Positions 1-14,834 of a DNA stretch of 64,000 nt are shown here, in pieces. Below the pieces are notes generated by a model, which was not told the DNA's origin, did no database searches, and saw only the letters and a list, made by a program, of their open reading frames with translations. Made by a program: the position numbers and the translations under genes. Within the stretch, counting starts at the first letter, position 1; each line of letters opens with the position of its first letter. This DNA is from Balanoglossus misakiensis (lineage: Eukaryota; Animalia; Hemichordata), in NCBI GenBank assembly GCA_040954595.2, contig CM082584.2, positions 3,007,344-3,071,343 on the forward strand, given 5' to 3'.

Positions 1-116
1 CCCAGTAAATCCCGTCGATTTCAACGGGAGCTCCAGTGAGAGTTGGTCAGATGTAGTGTGAGGCGACAGCATAAAAAAACCACGTCGCCGTTACCTACAT
101 CTGATTTTAATCAGAT

Positions 117-958
117 TGGGGACACCCCCTCCCGAACCCACCCCCTTCATTCTTCGCCACATTTCATTTATTGGCTGGTTTGTCTAGTGTACCAGGGCAG
201 ACTACTTGCCACCCCACCCCACCGATGCTTACTTTGAGTGGAGTGTCAACATTAAAATTTGTCCTCGCCAACATTGAGTTAATATGCCTTTGAGTTCGTT
301 AAAATGCAACTTTGATCACCGTATTTTACAAAAAAAATTCTTATGTGGGAGGGGGACACCCCCTCCATTCTTCACCACGTTGCATTTATTCGCTGGTTTG
401 TCTAGTGTACCAGGGCACGCTTCTTGCCACCCCATCCCCGATGCTTACTTTGAGTGCAGTGGCAAAATTAAAAAAAAATTCCTCCCTAACATTGAGTTAA
501 TTTGCTTTTGAGTTCATTAAAATGCAACTTTGAGCACCGTATTTTACAACATTTTCTTATGTGGGAGGGGGACACCCCCTCCCACGCCCAACCCCGACAC
601 TTTTCTTGTTTTACCAATCCTACCAACTATTGTATTGACTTGTCATTTTAATTTATTCATAGATTTCTTTATTGCAATGATATACTATTATATACTTCAA
701 TTACTTTAAGAAAATTATAATTGACGTGTTGAGGAGCCTCATTCCCTTTATTGCATACAGTGTACATAGGATCATGACGGCGAATGTTTTCGGAGAGGGG
801 GGGGGTCATCATATTGTTAGGCCTGTCAAGGGGGGGGGGGGTCGTCGTTTTTTTGGTCCTGGGTGAAGGGGGGGGGGGGGGTTGGCCTGATTTTGAAAAC
901 CGATGACACAAACTTGCCAACCCCCCCCCCCCCCCAGCCGTAAAAACTGAACGGTCCC
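117..958 (-). mobile_element. PIF/Harbinger-type MITE, partial copy (same family as 4671-5661, opposite orientation)
   Basis: Ends in ...GCCGTAAAAACTGAACGGTCCC followed by TTA (959-961), the same TIR as the 4671-5661 element. The interior has two to three tandem copies of the same ~200-bp module. The other end is not visible. Confidence 0.8.
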
Positions 959-3371
959 TTATTGGATTGGTTACAAAATTGCTGTACGAGCTTTCTATGA
1001 TTTGACCGCCGAAACCGCGATCAGCGAATTGCGTTGTGCTATACGATTCGAGGATAGTCATTCTGAGTAATTGAATTCAATTAGCCTTACATTCCATGCC
1101 TGCCTAGCTGCAATAATTGTAGCCTTGTTGGGCTGGTTGGGTGGCTGGATGGCCCACCATCTACCCACCCAACTAGGCCACCAATGCTTCAATTATTGCA
1201 TATAATGCCAACCTAGGCCTACTTGATTGGTGATGTGCGACAAGCATGCTAATAATATATTGCGCTGCACATAGGGTAAGGCTTGCATGCCCAGAGACAG
1301 AGTAAAATTTTAACGTTAAACAATATAAACAATAAAATGTTTTTTCACCAAAAAATTAATTTTCCGGTCAGTAGCTGACTTGTTGGAACGTAGGGACAGT
1401 ATGACAGGTCATACATCTGCCGCCATATCACGTAAAAACATCGGTGTAACATGGCCAGAAATATACATCGTTGTGATTGGTTGGGATCCTGTTTTGGCGT
1501 GCTTCATTGACGCATCCATGAATAGATTTTTGTTTGTGTTTGATAGAAAAAAAATGCCCGACCGGGTTGCACAGTTAAGTGGTTTTGGCTAATGACGGGC
1601 ACTGGGTAGATATATAGAAACCATGTATAGAGACAACCATGCTTTTTTTCCGAATTGTGATTGATACTTAGAACTTCGAAAATCTATACGATTTAACTAA
1701 ATGCATTTTCTGGTAAAGGTGAAGTCTGTCAGAACATGATGTACAGTTTTTAAAGAGCAGATTACGAATAAAAATTTAAATGCAACTGAGAACCACGTGA
1801 TTCTTGTCGTAGATTGTCGCATCATACAGCCAGGTCTGTTGTGACTTCACAAATGACACGTCGAAATTTCGTGTGGCAAACGGTATTCGCCATCAACAAA
1901 AAGGTACCGGGAAAGTTTCGACTGGCATGCCGGAATTCTGCATCATGTACACCGGCAGGTTTTTTTGAGATGACAAAGTCGGTTTTTCACAACTTTACCT
2001 TGTCATGTTTATCATGGTAATGCACGACGGCCAAATGTCGGACTTGTGTCGGGCAGATTTTGCAGTCCCGACAAAACATATTTCTACAGAGCAGGCTTCG
2101 ATGGCATACCGCTGTTATCAAAATCCATTATTCGACTATGTTCCCAATACCAAGATCGGCTATTCTCGACAGCGACTTTCTCCAGGGAATACCAACTCCG
2201 CCGTATGATCTACAAATCAGAATGCCAGTGCCGTTTTCATTGACGATGGCATGGAAAAGCTTATGAATATTGGTGAGAATTAGTAGTTCGTTGTTACACA
2301 ACCAATGTTATTGTAACAGCTGACTTTAACGCCACAGCAATATATGAAGCGATGTGGACGCTCGAAAAGAGAGACAAAAGTTCTGTTCTCCTGTGTCTCT
2401 GCGCTGCTCTCACTAGAGAATGTAATTTCATAAAGACAGTACTAAATAAAAGAGATTAAATGCACCAAAAAGTTGAATTTCCTTAATGATATTTTGTTGC
2501 TTAGATTTGCACATTTTCACTTTTTCAAGGGTGCAGGAAGCAATTTCTTGTACGGGGACAAAGTTACATATTTTCTGGACACAATTTTTTATGATAAAAA
2601 TAAATAGCTGAATAAATTGATTACTGATTAAATGCAAATAATAAAAAGGGAGAAATAGCAAGAAATAAAGTGAACAAATATTATTGTAAAAGCTCCAGTA
2701 TGTGTTATAATTGACAATTTTCTCAGTATTGTTCCAAAAATTGAATTCAACTGTATTCATGTCACACATATTGCTACAAATGTACTTTCTTCGATCAGCG
2801 ACTTTCGTTAAAGATTAGTTTGATTGGCGTCAAATTACTGACACGTGAAGCCTCCCAGCCAATTACACTGTATGTTCCATAAACAACAAAATGTGCGCTT
2901 CTGTTAACTTTGATTTTTATACTTCAGTTATTCACAGTGATTGTGCCATTCTTTAAATCCATATCCCTATTGGTGTAAAATATGATCATTGGCGGGGGTG
3001 GGGGGGGGGGTAAGCGGGGATTTTGTGCATGGTGGGGGGGGGTTAAGTATGGTTTTACCCTGCCCCCGAAACTTAGTCAGGGGCGGAGATACACTCCCGG
3101 TTTAAAAGCCAATATGGGGGGGGGGGGTAATTGCTATTACTGGTATATCAACTCGATTTGTATAACTTTTTAAAGATTAAAATTGATAAGAATGGGATGC
3201 ATTCAAAGACTTCTGGAGAATGTTGTTTGCAACCAATCTCTGTATCAACTTAAATTTAAAGTAAATAAGAATTAAAGTAGCGACGACAAATAAGAAGACG
3301 AACATGTTTTGGTCTTTCATTCCAAATAGACTCATCACAGACTTAGAGGCATCATAAAATTTAAACCTTTG

Positions 3372-4641
3372 GAGTTTCACTCTTCTGACATTTTGCTTGC
3401 TCTTGATGAAAAAAGAGAGGTTTTCTTGGCATTACTCGATCTTTCCGCAGCATTTGACACTGTGAACCATACCATTTTACTCAATCGCTTAAGAGACCGC
3501 TTTGGTCTCTCAGATACTGTTCTCACGTGGTTTAAGTCATACCTTTCCAATCGTAGTCAGTGTATACTAGTAAATTCCACCCAATCACCTTTCTATCCGC
3601 TCGACACTGGGGTACCACAGGGATCAGTTCTTGGTCCCATACTTTTCAATATGTACATGTCTCCATTAGGTGAATTAGTTCAAAGTCATGGTTGTCTTTA
3701 TAGTTTTTATGCAGATGACTCTTCCCTTTATATGTCTTTTTGTAAAGACAACGCAGCCAGAACTGTTTCAAATCTTGAACTTTGTATATCCGATGTTAGG
3801 TTTTGGATGTCTGAAAACTTCTTGTGCTTAAACGATGATAAGACTGAATTTGTTATTTTCTCTGGTACTTCGGGTGATCTGTCTGCTAGAGGGATTTCAG
3901 AAATTCGTGTTGGCGATTCTCTGATTCCCGTCCATTGTCAGGCTAAGAGCCTTGGAGTGATCCTTGACTCTTGTCTGACAATGAAGCCACATATTGGACA
4001 GATCTGCCGCTCTGCCACTTTTCATTTACGTCGCATTGCACTTATTGCAAATATTTATCTCAATCTGCTACAGAGCAATTAGTTCATGCATTCTTTACTT
4101 CTCGAATTGATTCATGTAATTCACTTTTATTTGGGCTCCCGAAGTATTCAATCAACCGTATTCAACGCGTTCAGAATATTGCTGCTAGAATTGTTACTCG
4201 TTCAAAAATCACCTGTCACATCACTCCAATTTTGTATCAGTTGCACTGGCTACCTTTTACAGAGCGTATTGTTTTTAAGATGTTAGTTCTCATTTTTAAA
4301 TCCATTCATAAACTTGGTCCAATATATCTTTCTAACATGACTGATCTGTATGTTCCGTGTCGCAATTTAAGGTCAGCTGATCAGTTCAAACTCTGCCCTG
4401 TTCGATCACGCACCAGGAGTTATGGTGATCGTGCTTTTACTGTTGCTGCTCCAATTCTTTGGAATATTCTTCCACTCAACATTCACCAGGCACCAGACTT
4501 ATCTGTTTTTAAATCAAATGTTAAAACTTTACTCTTTAAATCTGTTTTTTAGCCATTTGTTGTATTGTATTTTTGCTTTAAGCGTCATTGATCACATTTT
4601 TGTGGATACTGACGCTATATAAATAAATTATTATTATTATT
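3372..4641 (+). mobile_element. 5'-truncated L2/CR1-clade LINE (RT C-terminal half, 3'UTR, tail)
   Basis: ORFs 3369-4082 and 3971-4552 give LLDLSAAFDTV, GVPQGSVLGP, YADD, LNDDKTE, SRIDSCNSLL, LHWLP, GDRAF..AAP.LWN.LP. One frameshift near 4050. Ends with AATAAA and an (ATT)n tail. Confidence 0.95.
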
Positions 4642-4670
4642 CTTAAAATCTGACTTTGAGGCACATTTTA

Positions 4671-5661
4671 GGGACCGTTCAGTTTTTACGGCAGGGGGGG
4701 GGGGGGCGGCAAGTTTGTGTCATCGGTTCTCAAAATCAGGCCGACCCCCCCTTCAGCCAGGACCAAAAAATGATGACCCCCTCTTTGACAGACCCAAAAA
4801 TATGATGACCCCCCCCCCCACGCCCAAAACATTCGCCGTCCTGATCCTATGTACACTGTATGCAATAAAGAACATAAGAAATTTTTTTAAAATACGGTGC
4901 TCAAAGTTGCAATTTAATGAACTCAAAAGCAAATTAACTCAATGTTAGGGAGGACAAATTTTAATTTTGCCACTCCAGTCAAAGTAAGCATCGGGGGTGG
5001 GGTGGCAAGAAGTCTTCCCTGGTACACTAGACAAACCAGTGAATAAATGCAATGTGGCGAAGAATGGAGGGGGTGGGTGTAGGAGGGGGTGTAAAATATG
5101 TAGCGCAAAGTTGCATTTTAATGAACTCAAAAGCAAATTATCTCAATGTTTGGGAGGACCAATTTTACTTTTTGCCACTCCACTCAAAGTTAGAAGATTT
5201 GGCGTTATCTTGTCATGACATCATTTATAAAATTTCTAGTATATAGAAGATGCAGCGCGAAACTCTTAGTTATGCAAAATGGTTTAAACAATTATTCTCC
5301 TTTATGTATTCACTTTGTTAAATATTATCATCGGTGGGGTTTGGGTGGCAAGCACTCCGCCCTGGTACACTAGACAAACCAGCCCCAAATGAAATGTGGC
5401 GGAGAATATAGGGGGTGGGTGTGGGAGGGGGTGTCCCCCTTCCAAAATTACAAAAGTTTGTAAAATAAAGGGTGCGAAACTGCAATTTTGTGGACTCAAA
5501 AGCAAAAGTTCGGTGGCAAAAGTATGTGACCCCCCCCCCTAAACGTTTAAAAAAACCAGATGACCCCCCCCCCTTGTGGACTTCAAAATTTAAGTGACCC
5601 CCCCCCCTGGATTTTGCCACCGCCCCCCCCCCCCCCCCGGCCGTAAAAACTGAACGGTCCC
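4671..5661. mobile_element. PIF/Harbinger-type MITE, complete, TTA target-site duplication
   Basis: TIR GGGACCGTTCAGTTTTTACGGC ... GCCGTAAAAACTGAACGGTCCC. TTA on both flanks (4668-4670, 5662-5664). No coding capacity. Confidence 0.9.
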
Positions 5662-6002
5662 TTACCTTAATTTTGATCAAAATCTATTTAACCAACCAAG
5701 GAACATGCATACTGGTACCTTCCTTCTAGTATTTAAAAGGGAACCAGTTTTGGCCAAATCATTGGGAATTATAGCAACATTCCGCTGGTCAATGCATGTA
5801 CAATGGTGACAACACCAGTCTTCAGGTACTACTATTCCCTGAAAGCCTCATGAAATGCCAAATTTCACATTTTTCCAAAAATCAAATCTTCTACCTTTTA
5901 TATAAAATCTTCATCATTAATCCACATTACTTGTATTTGCATTTGATTCTGTTTATTAACTCTTGGCGATGCGTACCACAATAGTTGTGAACTCTTTTTA
6001 TA

Positions 6003-6196
6003 GAGGCTGATTTAACAGGTGTGGCACCTATTTAATATATCACTTGTTCAAATTGCAACATACAGCCACAATCGGGCGTCGGTAACATAATCATGTATGC
6101 CTATCAGTAAGCTTTTTTAGATGGACCAATCTATGTTGGAAGTCAAATCATGAAAATAATGCAACAAGTGGCAGCTCCTAGTCTTAGGGCTTCAAT
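6003..6196 (+). repeat. Dispersed repeat fragment (second copy at 61730-61917)
   Basis: Colinear similarity from GAGGCTGATT to AAGTGGCAGCT...GGCTT(C/T)AA with 61730-61917. The TTAA-like end suggests a Kolobok-type element. Confidence 0.7.
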
Positions 6197-8364
6197 GACA
6201 TTATATTTGGGGCTGGTTTAGATCCAGAAGTTGCATAATGTGCTCACACTGTACACGTGGGATCCTGTGTTAAAGAAGCACACAAATTCTCCAACATTTT
6301 GGCAATATAGCCCAGTTGATCAGGAAAGGGCAACAAAAGTTTAGTCAAACAAGATACTAGTACCGGTATTGACAAACAGTGGCCATCCATGGTAGATATC
6401 TCTATGTTATCAATTTCACTGCTCTATTAGCAAAAGGCAAACCATTAAAATTTAAAACTGCATGTGGAGATTTTAGATAAATTAACTCTGTAACTGGGCC
6501 TGATCATGCGCCTAGAAATGGCAGGGGTCCGACATTCTGTGTTGATTTCAGAGCATACAACATGTTCCAGTACGTATACAATGAATTGTATGTTTTCTCA
6601 AAATTTTATGTATAAGGCTACGGAATATAATAACCATGCAATGCATATTGGCTGGCTGTGTCCTACCTTTTAATGTTTCACTATTCAGAGGTGTACAGAG
6701 GCTTGATTGATTGATTGTTTGAAGTCACAGTGCAGTTGTTGTTTTGTAGTATCCGCTTAGTTGTTGTTCTTATGTCATGAAATTCTAGTCAGGATTCAGA
6801 GAACTGTTGGCACCAACAGATGAGGTTAGCAACACTCCTTTTATTTACAAAACAAGATACATGAAATTTATTCTTGTAGTTAAGGACCAAACCAAAACAT
6901 TGTCAAAACTGTCATCCTCAGACAGCGGGAGGATATTCCATAGCCCCACCCCAAACTTGCCAAGAGCCCTCTCATTCAAGAAACCCCGCCCACATTTCTT
7001 TGTTATGGACTCAGTCTTTGACAGTGTAATAAATCTTTTAAAACTTTGAGGCTGACTTCTGCTCATTTGAAGTCTATACAATACATTCCCAGATCTCAAT
7101 ATCTTCCTTCAAATTCAAGATTCACCTAATGTTAACCTTTTTTATGCTCTTATTCATGTAGATATTGAAATGCAACAGGTTATTGGCAGGTACAGAATTT
7201 ATTGGCTTTTAATTAAGAAATTGAAATGTTTGGTCTGTAAATTTGGGAAGCAAACATCTATTAATTGTATATAATGATCACAAATGTATATACCTGTAGA
7301 TAAAGTGAGTACATGTGTGGTTGTAATCATACTGCAGGTGTGCATCTATTAACGAATTTGTGTATGGCTGTTCTATCATGCAATGGTGATGTTATTTTGA
7401 ATGAGTTGTACATGCACGTACAGGACCTAGCTTTTTAAAACCTTGGGCAGAAAACTTTGCAAGCAAGTAGTTTCTGGATCTGATTGCTATAATTAAAACT
7501 GACCAGAATGGTTGTGTCATGAATATGGAAGGATTCATATAAACACTGAAGTGGGGGGGGGGGGGTTGGCATCCTTTCTACTCATAGTTATATTCATTTT
7601 GTTGACGTCCTCTTTCATGCTGCATCTCCTGACATTGTTATAATGATCGGGTACCTCAACAGTGAACTATGAATGAGCACTGAAACTCACACAAGTTGGA
7701 TCCAACGTCAACATTTTCATGTATTTTGTACACGGTATTAGTGCAGTTTGGCCTAATGGTTGATGAAATTTATTTTAAAATTCAAGGATTTGGCATTTGG
7801 CAGGTGGTTGTATGTGATTTTCCATTGCCAGGTGGTTGCTATAGCATGGCAACAAAATGCAATGCATTGATGATCAAGCCAAAGCAAAGAATTAAATTTT
7901 AAAAATTTTTCAGGTGTATGGAGGAATTCTTTCCCACCTCTCTCCTTTAGATTGTGCAATTTATGCTCAAGAAATGTCCCCCCCCCCCCTCCCATACTCT
8001 GTTAGTCCATGCCAGTGAACAGTGTGATATGGCATGGAATGTCCAAATTTCATTAAAACTCTTTTCTTGAAATCAAATATACATGCACCTCATACATAAT
8101 TGGTGATCCATTCATGCATAACAGGTCTATTGCCTATCTCATGGTCACTCCACCAGAAATCCATGACAATGATACGTGGAAATTTTCTCTATAGTCAGAT
8201 CCGCTGTCAGGGCATTACTGATTAAACTGCCAATTTAATTAAGCACAATTTTATATGGGGGTTACACAGGGACCATTAATACGTTTCTAAAATGTCTCAG
8301 ATCAAATACTTGCATAAATTGTTATTTGTTATCAGTTCAAGTGGTGCTGAAACGTCTCAGATTC

Positions 8365-8566
8365 GAGACGGCTTTGACAACCTGCGCCGGTGTAAGGATT
8401 AATACCTCTAAACAACCTATTGTCTATGGGGCCAAGCCATAGTGCCTATACATAAATGTTGTATGTGGACAAGAGGCGAATCAAAGGATTAATCCTCTGT
8501 ATTTACCATAGGCAAGTAGTGTCTCTCAAACACTGAGAATTTTGCCCTGTGTGAATCTGGTATTAA
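8365..8566 (+). repeat. Dispersed repeat fragment (second copy at 28958-29160)
   Basis: GAGACGG..TGTAAGGATTAA.ACCTCT..CTATGGGGC..GCCTATACATAAA..TCAAAGGATTAAT is shared colinearly with 28958-29160. Confidence 0.75.
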
Positions 8567-10419
8567 TTTAAAAATATTTTCATGATTTTACTTTTGAATC
8601 GTCCAATTAAGTTAAAGTTTACTGGTCGGTGTACACAAACAAATCAGTAAACTCGATTGTGGCTATGTAAATACCAGTATGTACAATGAAGAATAAAAAG
8701 GTGCCACACCCATTTCTTCAACTGTCTATTGCAAGAGTAGATAACTACTGTAGTATGCGCATATTGCTATTAATACCTCCAGAAAGTCAAACAGTGGTAT
8801 TTTAGAAAATCTGGATAGTGTGAATTTTTAACACACTGCCAGGTAAAAAAACGAACACACATTGGAGGCAGTTTCTGGACATCCAAGTTTTTTAACAAAA
8901 TTCACTCACAAAAAAAACCTTCATATTTATTTACTTTCCAGCTGACAGAATTAAAAGCCTTTCCAAGATTATTGGAGAGATTGAAAGCATGACAAATTTT
9001 TATTGAGTTGCAGCTCATGGGGCCTTAATGTGATATTAAGTTCTGTTATTTTTCTATGAGTGGCCAAGCTTTCATGCAACTCCTGTTACTGTCCCATTTA
9101 TTGTGTTGGAGATTCTCGAATTGGCTTGTGTGCCAAATTTTTTACTATAGGAGTTGAGTAGTGGAGTACGTTTTGAATCTTGTAAATACAAACCGACTTT
9201 CTATTTTCAGATATAACACTGCTAGTGGACAGTGTTGTACCCAAAGTTTTCTGAAGCTCAGATGAGCAATGGCATCATTGCACCGAATGAGCTTTCATGT
9301 ACCAGAATACTGTTTATTTTTAGCTACTGTTTATGTGTGCGCAGGTTTGAAACATTACAAGGAAACACTGCACTGTACCAGAATACACTCACTTAAAACT
9401 ATTGAAGGTAGGGATTTTGTTATGTGGTATAAATTAAAACAGGCTTGCTTGCAAAATGAATTTGTGCAGTTAGACTGCTTACAATCTAACCCCACGGTGT
9501 GCTTTGATTGGCCTACAAGGATCGGTTTGTTTGGACGTTAACATATACAAGTATATAGAGGCCAAGCAGATCAGATGATGTACATGTCTCTTTGCACACA
9601 TTCTGAATTTATCCAGCAATCTACTGGCACCTAGACCCATGTCTAACCAAGGGAGTGTTCAGCTAATGCATGGGGGGGGGGGGGGGGGACCAATTGTGGG
9701 GGGGGGGGGGCATTTTTTCAAAATAATATAAGGTGAAGGTCACATTTCATAAAGCTATATTCTTGTCGATTGAGTGTTCCATTATACAGCAGGTATTCCA
9801 TTACATAGTACGTACTTGTAAATGATTATGTTTGCCAATGATACCCAGTTGTGGTCAGGGATAATGGTATTTGTGCAGTTAGATGCACAGTATCTGATTT
9901 CTTATGTGACCTCCCCATTTGTGTAGTATTCCATCTGGTAATTAGATTAGAATCAGTGACAAAAACATTGTTCGGAAAGTAAAATTAGTTTCAGTCTGGT
10001 TGGCATAAATGTTTTGAAGCTGTTTGAAACTTTGAGATACCAGGTACACATGTAGGTACCACAGACAACTGCATGAGGTTGGAAGGGGTAATTTACAGTC
10101 ATCTTTCTCAGATTTAAACAGAAGAAAATAAACAGTCTCTACATATCCAATGATTATCATTTTCAAAGGAAGAAAACACAGTAAGGGAAAACAATAGTTT
10201 TGATTATGGCCGAGTCAGTACTTCTGCTGTGAACCCAACCGAAAACATTACCGGTTATTGTGTGCTATAAAATGAGACCTATCCCCCATCAGGGCTCCAG
10301 ACACAACTATGGTGGGAGGAAGGGGAGAGGAGCAGGAGGGGGTAAGGTCAAATGCCATGCCATTTCGATCACTGCATGAGCGGAAAATTTAACACTTTAA
10401 GTTTTGATTTACACGAGTG

Positions 10420-12580
10420 CTGGGTGGGCAGGATCAGAGCTATCACTTAGTCTCCAAACGAATGCCTTATGGAGCACCCACAAACACAACTGTACCTTAT
10501 TGTCTATTGTGTTATGAAATCATGCGCCCAATGAGGAAAGCTTTTCAGAATTTGAAAAAAGATGTCTGGTCAAATCAGTGTACAACGAGTTTTATCTCCT
10601 TCAGATTCACAATCATTGGCTTCTGATATTAACATATTTTATACAAGGTTTTGACAAGCAAGACTTCTCTGAGGAGTGTGACAGGAGGCTGTCCTCCTGT
10701 CCACCCCATGCCAGAATGATGTAGTCATCACTGTGGGTGATGTAGTGCGACAATTCAAGTACCGTATATGAAACCTTGGACAGCCCCTGGCCCAGATGGT
10801 ATAACTGGCAGTGTGCTGAAGGCGTGCGTGGATGGACTAGAGGCCTTGTTTCAGAATTTCTTTCAGCGCTCTATTGATACAGGCACTACACCCAAAATTT
10901 GGAGGACTTCAAAAATTTTCCCAGTTCCTAAAATTACTTTTTCTTCAGAGCTAAAGCAACATCCTTCATAAGGAAATGTTTGATATTGTCTCATCTACTC
11001 CCCTATGTTCAGTCAAAAGTAGATCCTAAAGGTACGGATGATGCAGCTGCTTGTCTCCTTCATAAATTGTTAAAACACCTTGATAAAGCCGGGCACTATG
11101 CCAGGATTATATTCATCGACTTCAGTTCTTCTTTCAACACCACTTAGCGTCACATTATGATAGACATATCATTGCAGGTAGGTGCACCATGCACCTGAAA
11201 TAGTTTATTGGGTTTATAACTTCCTAACTGACAGACCACATTGTGAGAGTAGGGGAGGCCTATCTACTGTGGTCTTCACCAACACCAGTGCCCCCAAGGC
11301 TGTGTCTTCAGGCTTAGCCCATTTTCGTTCATTTTCTATACAAATGATTGCCAGAGTAATTGTTCAACTAGTTCATTTCTTTCCAATTCTCTGATAGTGC
11401 AGCTGTACTTGTTCTTTTAAATGACACAAACTCGGAAACGGAATATGTAAACTTGGCAAAGTATTATTCTAATAGCTGTAATTCAAATTTTCTACAGCTT
11501 AATGTTTCAAAGACAAAATAACTTAACGTTAACTTTCGTCGGGTATCAGGACAAAATGTCCCAATTTGTATTGATGGTGAACCCAATGAACAGGTGGTCT
11601 TTTTTAAGTATCTTGGTGATATTCTGAACAATTAACTATCCTTTAGTCAGCACACAACAGCTATTCAAAAGAAATGACAGCAAAGATTACACATGCTCAA
11701 GAGGTTGTGTTCCTTTCATGTTAATTCAGATCTGCTACTTTTGTTGTACTGGAGTGTTGTTGAACCACTCTGGACTTACTGCAATGTGTGTTATTGCTTT
11801 CCATTGTTAAAAGCAACAAGCATCTTTTGGGAGACCCACACCAGTTCTCTCAGAGCTTGTGCAATCACTGCTGATGTAAACCATCCATTGTATTTCTCCT
11901 TTGAAATGTTACCCTCAAGTCATAGATGTCGTTGCCTTAAACCCCGGTGCAGGGTATAAAAGTCCCCCCAAATCAGTGGCGAATCTTAATGACGTTTGAC
12001 TGACAACAGACAACACCAACGATCTTGGCTCTATGAAAATCGGCCCAAACAGGTCCAAGCATAAAGAATTACACCACACAACGACAGTAGTTGGCTTTAT
12101 AAACACACACAACATAAAGTTATCGACGAAAAAGTACACAAGCTTATGAAACAACGATGATTTTGGGAGAAATCTGGTTTCAGTGCTTTTCAGAAGAGTC
12201 CCTGGGAAACAATAACCACGCCATTCAAACAGTTGTCAATCGTGTGGAAGTGTGAAGTGTTCAATTATTTTCTGTGTACATGAGAGCAATTACACAGTCA
12301 TTATGCACAACGACCACTCCCAAATAAACAACTATACAAACACACGTTAATCCGAACCCCAGGACTTTCCGCACCGGGGTTTAAGTGATCTAAGCTGAGG
12401 TTCAGCAACAGCTTTGTGCCAATGGCCACCAGGAAAGTTAATCCCTGATATGTATAAAGTTTTTGTCCTTTTTGTGGTGACATGATTTTGTTGTGTTTTT
12501 GCCTGGTTTTACACTGTTATTTTTAAAATTTACTATTGAGCCATAATAAGATTATTCTTTTTAGTACAATACAATACAAC
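10420..12580 (+). mobile_element. Degenerate Rex1/Babar-like LINE
   Basis: Fragmented RT: APGPDGITGSVLKAC, WRTSKIFPVPK, GTDDA..LLH..LKHLD..G.YARIIFIDFSS.FNT, LNVSKTK, FKYLG, QRLHMLKRL, HPLY..FEMLPS, RFSNSFVP. Many stops and frameshifts. Outer limits are approximate. Confidence 0.85.
11941..12380. mobile_element. 440-bp non-autonomous DNA transposon with TTAA TSD, inserted in the LINE 3' end
   Basis: TTAA|ACCCCGGTGC ... GCACCGGGGT|TTAA. Removing it rejoins the LINE frame (RCRCLK / SKLRFSNSFVP). Kolobok- or piggyBac-like from the TSD. Confidence 0.85.
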
Positions 12581-14099
12581 AGTTGTTTTTGTTGTAAACA
12601 TTAGTCAATTCTCATCAAATCATGTAGATGTAAAGAAGAGACATTGAGCTTATTTTTTCAAGGGTATCACTGAAAATTATGGTATATTTAACAAACACTA
12701 GAAAAAGTAGAACTAAACATTTTTGATCTTGCAACCTATACTAAGTTGCCAGCCGCCACAGTCCTTCATTGATCATCTCACAGAGTCATAATGTGGTGAT
12801 GTTCAAAGGCAATAATGGTTCATCAGACCTTTAACTTTACAACATTAATTGCTCTGACATTGATTTCAAATGTTGAAGTTTATTTGTAATGGCAACGGTT
12901 GAATTAGGATCTTGTTTTTCACTTGGTTGGTTGATTGACAAACTTAGACATAGAATGCCATGGTGCTATTCTCTGGTACTGTTGATAGAGAAAGAATAGG
13001 TGACCTGTTCTGCAAAGTAGCTGACCAGATGTCTTGATGGCCCGGCGCCTGCTTAGTGAGAACTCAGAATTTTATAATTATACAATTATGATTTAAGTCC
13101 GAATTGTATTGTTTGGTCAATTACCTCTGTATTCCTGATTCTTGATGGTGGTAAAACCATAAACAACCTTGTTTATTTGGATAGATTTTATGGGACCAAG
13201 AAGGTGGAAACTTAACATGGTCCTTTGTGGTAGACTTGCATCATACAAATGAGGACTAGAGAGAGGGTCACATTGAAGCACTGTGGGTACAGTTTGATAT
13301 GACCAAGCTGAGGTGTCATACTTGCATCTAAATTTAACATACCCCTTTATGCGAGGGTTACATCATTATACAAATTTGGACTAATATAGAGGGAGGGTAA
13401 CACTTATTAAATTTTCTGCTGCTGGGAGAGATCTGCATTTAACACGACTGATTGACCCCAGTTTCTCGTGCCTCCGCCCCTCAGAATAAATCAAAGCTTT
13501 GTTTGTTACAGCATGGAGGTACTCTCTAGTACCTCCACGGTTACAGCAACCAATTCTCCCCACCTTAAATAGGTTTTAAGCTACCTAAGTGAGTGATGAA
13601 AATCTCATATGGTCAACACAATTTCAAGATGGCCGATTTTTGCCATGTTTAAAAAATGGGAGTTCATGAGCTAAAGTGATGATGGGTCATTCTGAAACTT
13701 TTTAACATAAAAAATAACAAAATGTGTAAAAAGTTAAAATGAGTTGCTAACTACAAAAATAGACATGTTTGTCCAAAGGAAGTCATGAAATACAGTAAAC
13801 ATATCATTTCTTCTAACTCTTACTACAGTGGGTTGTCGACTTTTTGCCCATAATGCAATGTGATTTGACCCCCCTAGCACAGAGTGAAATCCTATTTAAG
13901 GCAGCCAGAATTCATATTACCCCTCCAGTCAGTGCAGATATATGACCACACATTTAAAAAATATTTATTTTTTTAATTTTTTAATAATAAGTGTACACAT
14001 CTGCATTGAACTAAATAATTAAAATAAATAAATATATACACTGAGTAAATAAACTAAGTAAATAAATGTACGCTGACTAAACCTATGCTTCCTAAACTA

Positions 14100-14149
14100 A
14101 TAAGCCTAATTAACTAAATACTAAACTTATACTAATTAACTAAGAACTG

Positions 14150-14193
<44 letters not shown>

Positions 14194-14343
14194 CTAACTA
14201 ACTAAACTATTCAAAAGTTTGGACAAATACATGTGTACACTCACTCACTCACTCAGACAGACAGACAGACAGACGGACGGATGGACAGACAGACAGACAG
14301 ACGGACGGACGGACGGACGGACGGACAGATGGACAGACAGACA
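14100..14343. repeat. (TAAC)n followed by (CAGA/CGGA)n microsatellites
   Basis: Read directly from the sequence. Confidence 0.9.
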
Positions 14344-14788
14344 GGTTTATCAAAATGGGTATTACTGAGGAGGAGGGGGGGGGGCAGTTTGGGCGAAGAC
14401 TGGTTGGGGCATTTCAGAGGACATTTCAAAATCAAATTTACTTGAGGCACCCCGAGGAAATTGTTAAGACGGGTTCTCATGTGCCATGGTTAGGGCGCTA
14501 CTTTTTTTATCATTAGTGGGTAAACATTTCTTATCAGGGACTTCAAAATCTTGTGTCCACACATTTTACTTGAGTTTCAAATAGGTCGGAGATCAACAGG
14601 CATTTGCATGATCTGCTACCGATTCATTGTAACTTTTCATTGGAGGTTGCACTTGAAAGACAAAATGCAAAGTAGTTTTTTGGGGGGTTATGAAACAAAA
14701 GTTACATGAAAAACTTGTTGATTTCTGATCCATACGCATGTATTGTATTGCAGCAATCGAGTGAACAAGCTACGCCAGTATTCTAGTC

Positions 14789-14834
<46 letters not shown>

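Noticed and set aside
47-113. Stem-loop (CAGATGTAG..GGCGAC..GTCGCC..CTACATCTG) as a terminator or ncRNA
   Set aside because: At the window edge and abutting a truncated MITE. More likely the end of another repeat; cannot be classified.
6845-7099. 84-aa minus-strand ORF as a possible exon
   Set aside because: No convincing splice partners or recognisable similarity.
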